Origin: an uncultured Gammaproteobacteria bacterium
GTDB lineage: Bacteria > Patescibacteriota > Patescibacteriia > UBA11705
NCBI GenBank assembly: GCA_964413735.1
Contig: CAYPSS010000001.1
Span: forward strand, 56,237-120,236
Direction: 5' to 3'
Length of the DNA: 64,000 nucleotides
Positions within the stretch are counted from its first letter, which is position 1; every line of letters starts with the position of its first letter. The notes under the pieces are model-generated. The model made no database searches and was not told where the DNA came from. It was given only the letters and a program-made list of their open reading frames with translations. Below, in pieces: positions 59,959 through 64,000 of this stretch. Both the position numbers and the translations under genes were made by a program.

Positions 59959-61332
59959 ATGTCTAAAATTGCATTAATTTTACTTAAATTAGTGGTTTGG
60001 TCATTGGCTGGCCTAGGTTTTTTGTTTCATAAAATATGGGAAATATCAAGGATCGTTTTTCGACCAATTAAGAAAATAATTAGTCAGATCAGCTGGAAAA
60101 TTTTTTCACCATTTTATCGTTTGGCGCTATCAATTAAAAGAAAATTATTTGGTGTTTATTCTCCGGCGAGAAATAAGTTTTTTAATATATTAACAAAAAA
60201 ATACAGTATTCATTTTTTGGTGATTTTAGTGGTTTTTTTTGTGTTTGTCGGTAATATTAATGCTCAGGAGATACGACGGGAAAATATAGGAGAAAATTCC
60301 ATTATTTTTTCTTTGTTTACTGATCAAGGAGCTTATGAAGTGGAAATAGTGGAAGAACGCGCTACCATTAATCCCCAAGAAAGAATTTTAAGTTATATTG
60401 ATAAAAGTACGCAAGTAACCACCAATCGGACAATTTATGACATGGCTCAAATTTCTGAGGAACAATTGGCGCAAGAATTAAGTACCGTGACAGAAGGTGG
60501 GGCGGTGGTGGTTAAACAAAACATTGTGGACGCTAATTTACCCGAGGGCACGGCTACGCCACGCTCAGGAATTATTGTTCATAAAGTTAGTGATGGTGAA
60601 ACCATTTCGGCTATTGCCACTCGTTATGGGGTAAGCGTGAATACCATTTTGTGGCAAAATAATTTAACGGCGCGTAGTGTGATTCGACCGGGAGCGGAAT
60701 TGGAAATTTTACCGGTTTCCGGGGTGGTTCATTTGGTTAAAAGTGGAGAATCTTTGATTTCCATTTCAAAAAAATACGGGATTGATCAAGGGCTGATTAA
60801 TGAAACCAATAGCTTGTCAGACGGTGATTCTTTGAAAATTGGACAAGCATTAATTATTCCGGGGGGTTCGAAAATCACCACTGCTGTTTCCAGACCGCAA
60901 TATGCTTCTAATACACAAGTTGATTTGAAAAAGATTTTAACCGGAAGTGAATCTCGCGGTAGCAGTACCGGAACCGGAAAAATGTTATGGCCCACTTCAT
61001 GGCGAGTAATTACTCAATATTATAGTTGGCGTCACCATGGTTTAGATATTGATGGTGATTACAATTCACCGATTTATGCGGCTGATGATGGTGTGGTTAC
61101 GCGAGCCGGCTGGGGCACGGGTTATGGTAATATGTATATTGTTGATCATGGTAATGGCATTGTTACTTATTACGCGCATTTAAGTAAGTTGTATGCCAAA
61201 CTTGGTGACGTGGTTAAACGTGGTGATGTTTTAGGAATGATGGGGACTACCGGTTGGTCAACAGGTACTCATTTACATTTTGAAGTACGTGTTAATGGCG
61301 CGCAAATGAATCCATTACAATATATTCAATAA
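59959..61332 (+). CDS. LysM + M23 family peptidoglycan endopeptidase
   Basis: Two LysM repeats; HHGLD, YAHL, STGTHLHFEV. Confidence 0.92.
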   Translation: MSKIALILLKLVVWSLAGLGFLFHKIWEISRIVFRPIKKIISQISWKIFSPFYRLALSIKRKLFGVYSPARNKFFNILTKKYSIHFLVILVVFFVFVGNINAQEIRRENIGENSIIFSLFTDQGAYEVEIVEERATINPQERILSYIDKSTQVTTNRTIYDMAQISEEQLAQELSTVTEGGAVVVKQNIVDANLPEGTATPRSGIIVHKVSDGETISAIATRYGVSVNTILWQNNLTARSVIRPGAELEILPVSGVVHLVKSGESLISISKKYGIDQGLINETNSLSDGDSLKIGQALIIPGGSKITTAVSRPQYASNTQVDLKKILTGSESRGSSTGTGKMLWPTSWRVITQYYSWRHHGLDIDGDYNSPIYAADDGVVTRAGWGTGYGNMYIVDHGNGIVTYYAHLSKLYAKLGDVVKRGDVLGMMGTTGWSTGTHLHFEVRVNGAQMNPLQYIQ

Positions 61333-61370
61333 TTTAAAATAAAAAATAGCGTTGGTTCAACGCTGTTTTT

Positions 61371-61826
61371 TTATAACGGTAAATAGTCACGATTTGTGCC
61401 GTTGAATTCTTGGAAATGATGTTCACAACAATCAAATTCATGAACTACGCCCCAAACATTGATCAAGGCACGATGAGTGGTTTTCCCAGGACAGTCTTTC
61501 ACTCGACAACCTTGATTTGGGTCAATCGGAGTTTTAATACGGGCGAAGTGATGCCACATAAAGGGGCCAAAAAGGTTATTGGCCTTGATATCAAAGCGCC
61601 AATCGTCATCTACTCTTAACTGATCCGCCGAGAAAAATTCAATGATCTTATCATGGTATTGTGCTCCATACAAATGCACAATTTCACATCTGGGGAAATT
61701 GACACCAAAGAATTCTTTACCACCACGAATTTCGTATTTTTTTACTTGGCCTTGTTTTCTATTAAACAAATTATTGGGATCAATAACCGTCACAATACTT
61801 TTAAGCGGGATGCTTCCCTGATCCAT
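61371..61826 (-). CDS. Orphan protein with C-terminal Cys/His cluster
   Basis: CRVKDC..CCEHH; SD gaggg and TTGACA promoter. Confidence 0.65.
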   Translation of the reverse strand: MDQGSIPLKSIVTVIDPNNLFNRKQGQVKKYEIRGGKEFFGVNFPRCEIVHLYGAQYHDKIIEFFSADQLRVDDDWRFDIKANNLFGPFMWHHFARIKTPIDPNQGCRVKDCPGKTTHRALINVWGVVHEFDCCEHHFQEFNGTNRDYLPL

Positions 61827-61877
61827 ATGACCCTCAATAAAAAGGCTTTGTTATATTAAATAAAATATCTTTTTTTG

Positions 61878-63395
61878 TCAATCAATATTTTTGGTGCGAT
61901 ATTGAAGAGCTTCAGCTAAATGAGATAATAAAATGTTATTTTGATTATCAAAGTCAGCAATGGTTCGAGCAATTTTTAATACGCGGTGTTGTGATCTGGC
62001 CGATAGGTGAAGTTTGGCGGTGGCATTTTTTAACAATTCCAAACTGTCATCAGATAAACGACAAAACTGGGATATTTCTTCGGGTCGCATTTCCGCATTG
62101 AATTTTATTTTTTTGTCCGTGAAACGCTGATTTTGAATTTCTTGAACTTTAATTATTCGTTCACGAATATCTTTGGATGTTTCTGCTTTTGTTTCGTTAT
62201 AAAGTTTTTCAAATTTAACTCTTGGGACCTCCACATGCAAATCAATCCGATCAAGAATTGGGCCGGAAATTTTTTTTCGATATTTCAAAATTTGTCCTAT
62301 AGAACAAGTACAGGTTTGTTCCGGATCAGAGGCATAACCGCAAGGACAGGGGTTTTGACTGGCCACCAGAGTAAAGCGGGCCGGGAAACTCAATGTTCCT
62401 TGAGCCCGAGAAATGGATACCACCCCATCTTCCAGCGGTTGCCGGAGATTTTCCAATACCATTCTTGGAAACTCGGGTAATTCATCTAAAAACAATACTC
62501 CACGATGAGCCAAACTGATTTCTCCGGGACGAGGAAACTTCCCTCCTCCCACCAGCGCCACGCCGGAACTGGTATGATGCGGGGAACGAAACGGTCTGGT
62601 ATTAATAATTGGTTTATCATTTGGCAATAATCCGGCAATGGAATATATTTTGGTGATTTCCAAAATTTCTTGATTGGAAAGAGGAGGTAAAATCCCAGGT
62701 AGCGCGCGAGCCATCAATGTTTTCCCTGACCCGGGTGGACCGTTCATTAATATATTATGTGCGCCGGCCGCTGACAATTCCAAGGCGCGTTTTACATGTT
62801 CTTGGCCTTTGATAAAGGACATGTCCACTTCATAAGAGGCAAATGCCGGAGAAATAATTCCGCCGGTTATCAACGGAGAAATTATATTTTCTTGATTTAA
62901 ATGAGCATAAAGCTCGTGCAAGCTATTAATTGGAAAAATATTGATTCCTTCTACTAAAGAAGCTTCGCTTTTATTTTTTTCTGGAATAAAAATATTTTTA
63001 TATCCCAAATCTCGAGCGGCAATGGTGGCGGGAAGAATGCCACTGGTTTTTCGTACTTGACCGTCAAAAGCCAATTCGCCGATAAAAATTGAATCACCTA
63101 GATCTTGTTTTAATTGCTTGGTTGTTAATAAAATGGAAACAGCAATAGCCATATCATACAGTGATCCTTCTTTGCGAACATTGGCCGGTGCTAAGTTAAC
63201 GGTTAATTTTTGACGCGGAAAAATAAAACCACTGTTTTTAATGGCAAATTTAACACGTTCTTTGGCTTCTTGAATTGCCGTATCTGGTAATCCGACAATA
63301 ATAAAAGCCGGCAGTTCACTGGAAGTATCGGTTTCAATTTCCACCATTTGCGATTCCAGGCCGGTTAAAACAATTGATTTTACTTTGGCAAGCAT
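61878..63395 (-). CDS. comM: ComM/YifB Mg-chelatase-like ATPase
   Basis: IVGLPD, VNLAPA, GPPGSGKT, RSPHH, SLAHRGVLFLDE, NPCPCG. Confidence 0.95.
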   Translation of the reverse strand: MLAKVKSIVLTGLESQMVEIETDTSSELPAFIIVGLPDTAIQEAKERVKFAIKNSGFIFPRQKLTVNLAPANVRKEGSLYDMAIAVSILLTTKQLKQDLGDSIFIGELAFDGQVRKTSGILPATIAARDLGYKNIFIPEKNKSEASLVEGINIFPINSLHELYAHLNQENIISPLITGGIISPAFASYEVDMSFIKGQEHVKRALELSAAGAHNILMNGPPGSGKTLMARALPGILPPLSNQEILEITKIYSIAGLLPNDKPIINTRPFRSPHHTSSGVALVGGGKFPRPGEISLAHRGVLFLDELPEFPRMVLENLRQPLEDGVVSISRAQGTLSFPARFTLVASQNPCPCGYASDPEQTCTCSIGQILKYRKKISGPILDRIDLHVEVPRVKFEKLYNETKAETSKDIRERIIKVQEIQNQRFTDKKIKFNAEMRPEEISQFCRLSDDSLELLKNATAKLHLSARSQHRVLKIARTIADFDNQNNILLSHLAEALQYRTKNID

Positions 63396-63491
63396 ATATT
63401 ACATTTTACCATGACTTAAGACAAATAAAAAAATATTGACAAATTGCTTAGTTTTTTTTAAGATGATCACAGTTCTTTTAGAGGGTAATCA

Positions 63492-63725
63492 ATGATCTGC
63501 CCACAATGTCAAAAAGGAAATATCAGAATTTTGGGTGATAATGTTTGTTCTTGCGGTTGTTCACGTTTTATTTGTGATTGTTGTTTATCTGTTTTTGTTG
63601 GTTCAAGAACCGGTTTTGTCAGTGATGGTAAAGTGGTTAAAGATCCGATTGTGGATTTAATGATTAATAATGTTGATCAGTTAAAAAGATTGCAAAAATT
63701 GGTTTTGGATTTGCCTATAGTTTAA
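63492..63725 (+). CDS. Small Cys-rich zinc-ribbon-like orphan protein
   Basis: CPQC..CSCGC..CDCC; own promoter, SD and terminator. Confidence 0.6.
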   Translation: MICPQCQKGNIRILGDNVCSCGCSRFICDCCLSVFVGSRTGFVSDGKVVKDPIVDLMINNVDQLKRLQKLVLDLPIV

Positions 63726-63773
63726 ATTTGTAATTACAAAAAGCGTTTATTAGAACGCTTTTTTCTTTTATAT

Positions 63774-64000
63774 TTATATAATATTGAAAACAATAAATAT
63801 CCCGAGCACAATCATTCCTACTCCCATAATAATTCTTAAAAAGGTTTTATTTTTTGAAAACCAGAGTTTGATTTTTTCCGAGGATGAAGCAAATAAAATC
63901 AACAACCAAATAACAATCAGTGGCAAAATAAAGAAAAAGTTATAAAGCAATAAATAAAGTACTGGTTTTAAGGTTAATCCCATTTGTCCGAGAAGCGCCA
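63774..64000 (-). CDS. 3' end of a membrane protein (CcdA/cytochrome c biogenesis-like), truncated by the window edge
   Basis: YLLLYNFFFILPL..RIIMGVGMIVLG. Confidence 0.55.
   Translation of the reverse strand, partial: ALLGQMGLTLKPVLYLLLYNFFFILPLIVIWLLILFASSSEKIKLWFSKNKTFLRIIMGVGMIVLGIFIVFNII

Overview
AT-rich bacterial chromosome segment spanning the replication origin (yidD-rnpA-rpmH / oriC / dnaA-dnaN), standard genetic code. Gene content (VirB2/TrbC-like pilin array, GT-C glycosyltransferases, SD-less housekeeping genes) suggests a Patescibacteria/CPR (Parcubacteria-like) genome; this is inference. Left to right: a multi-ATP-grasp operon with a PKD-7TM partner, coupled to yebC-ruvC; PGI/PMI and three membrane glycosyltransferase-like genes facing an eight-gene pilin array; galU, rarA, O-antigen ligase and flippase; a type III restriction-modification island beside the origin; a tRNA-Gly/tRNA-Leu locus with a GIY-YIG nuclease and tandem tRNA-fragment/palindrome repeats; a cohesin/dockerin surface operon with a 12-repeat giant protein; ruvB, efp-epmA, more tRNAs, rnc, nusB, an M23/LysM peptidase and comM. 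Most unusual: (1) about seven unrelated orphan genes share one expression header (TTGACA-16/17-TAnnnT, a boxA-like GTTCYTT motif, a strong Shine-Dalgarno) that the housekeeping genes inspected lack; (2) the GIY-YIG/tRNA-fragment repeat system; (3) the ATP-grasp cluster; (4) a structured RNA in the rnc leader. All calls are by motif recognition, without database searches.
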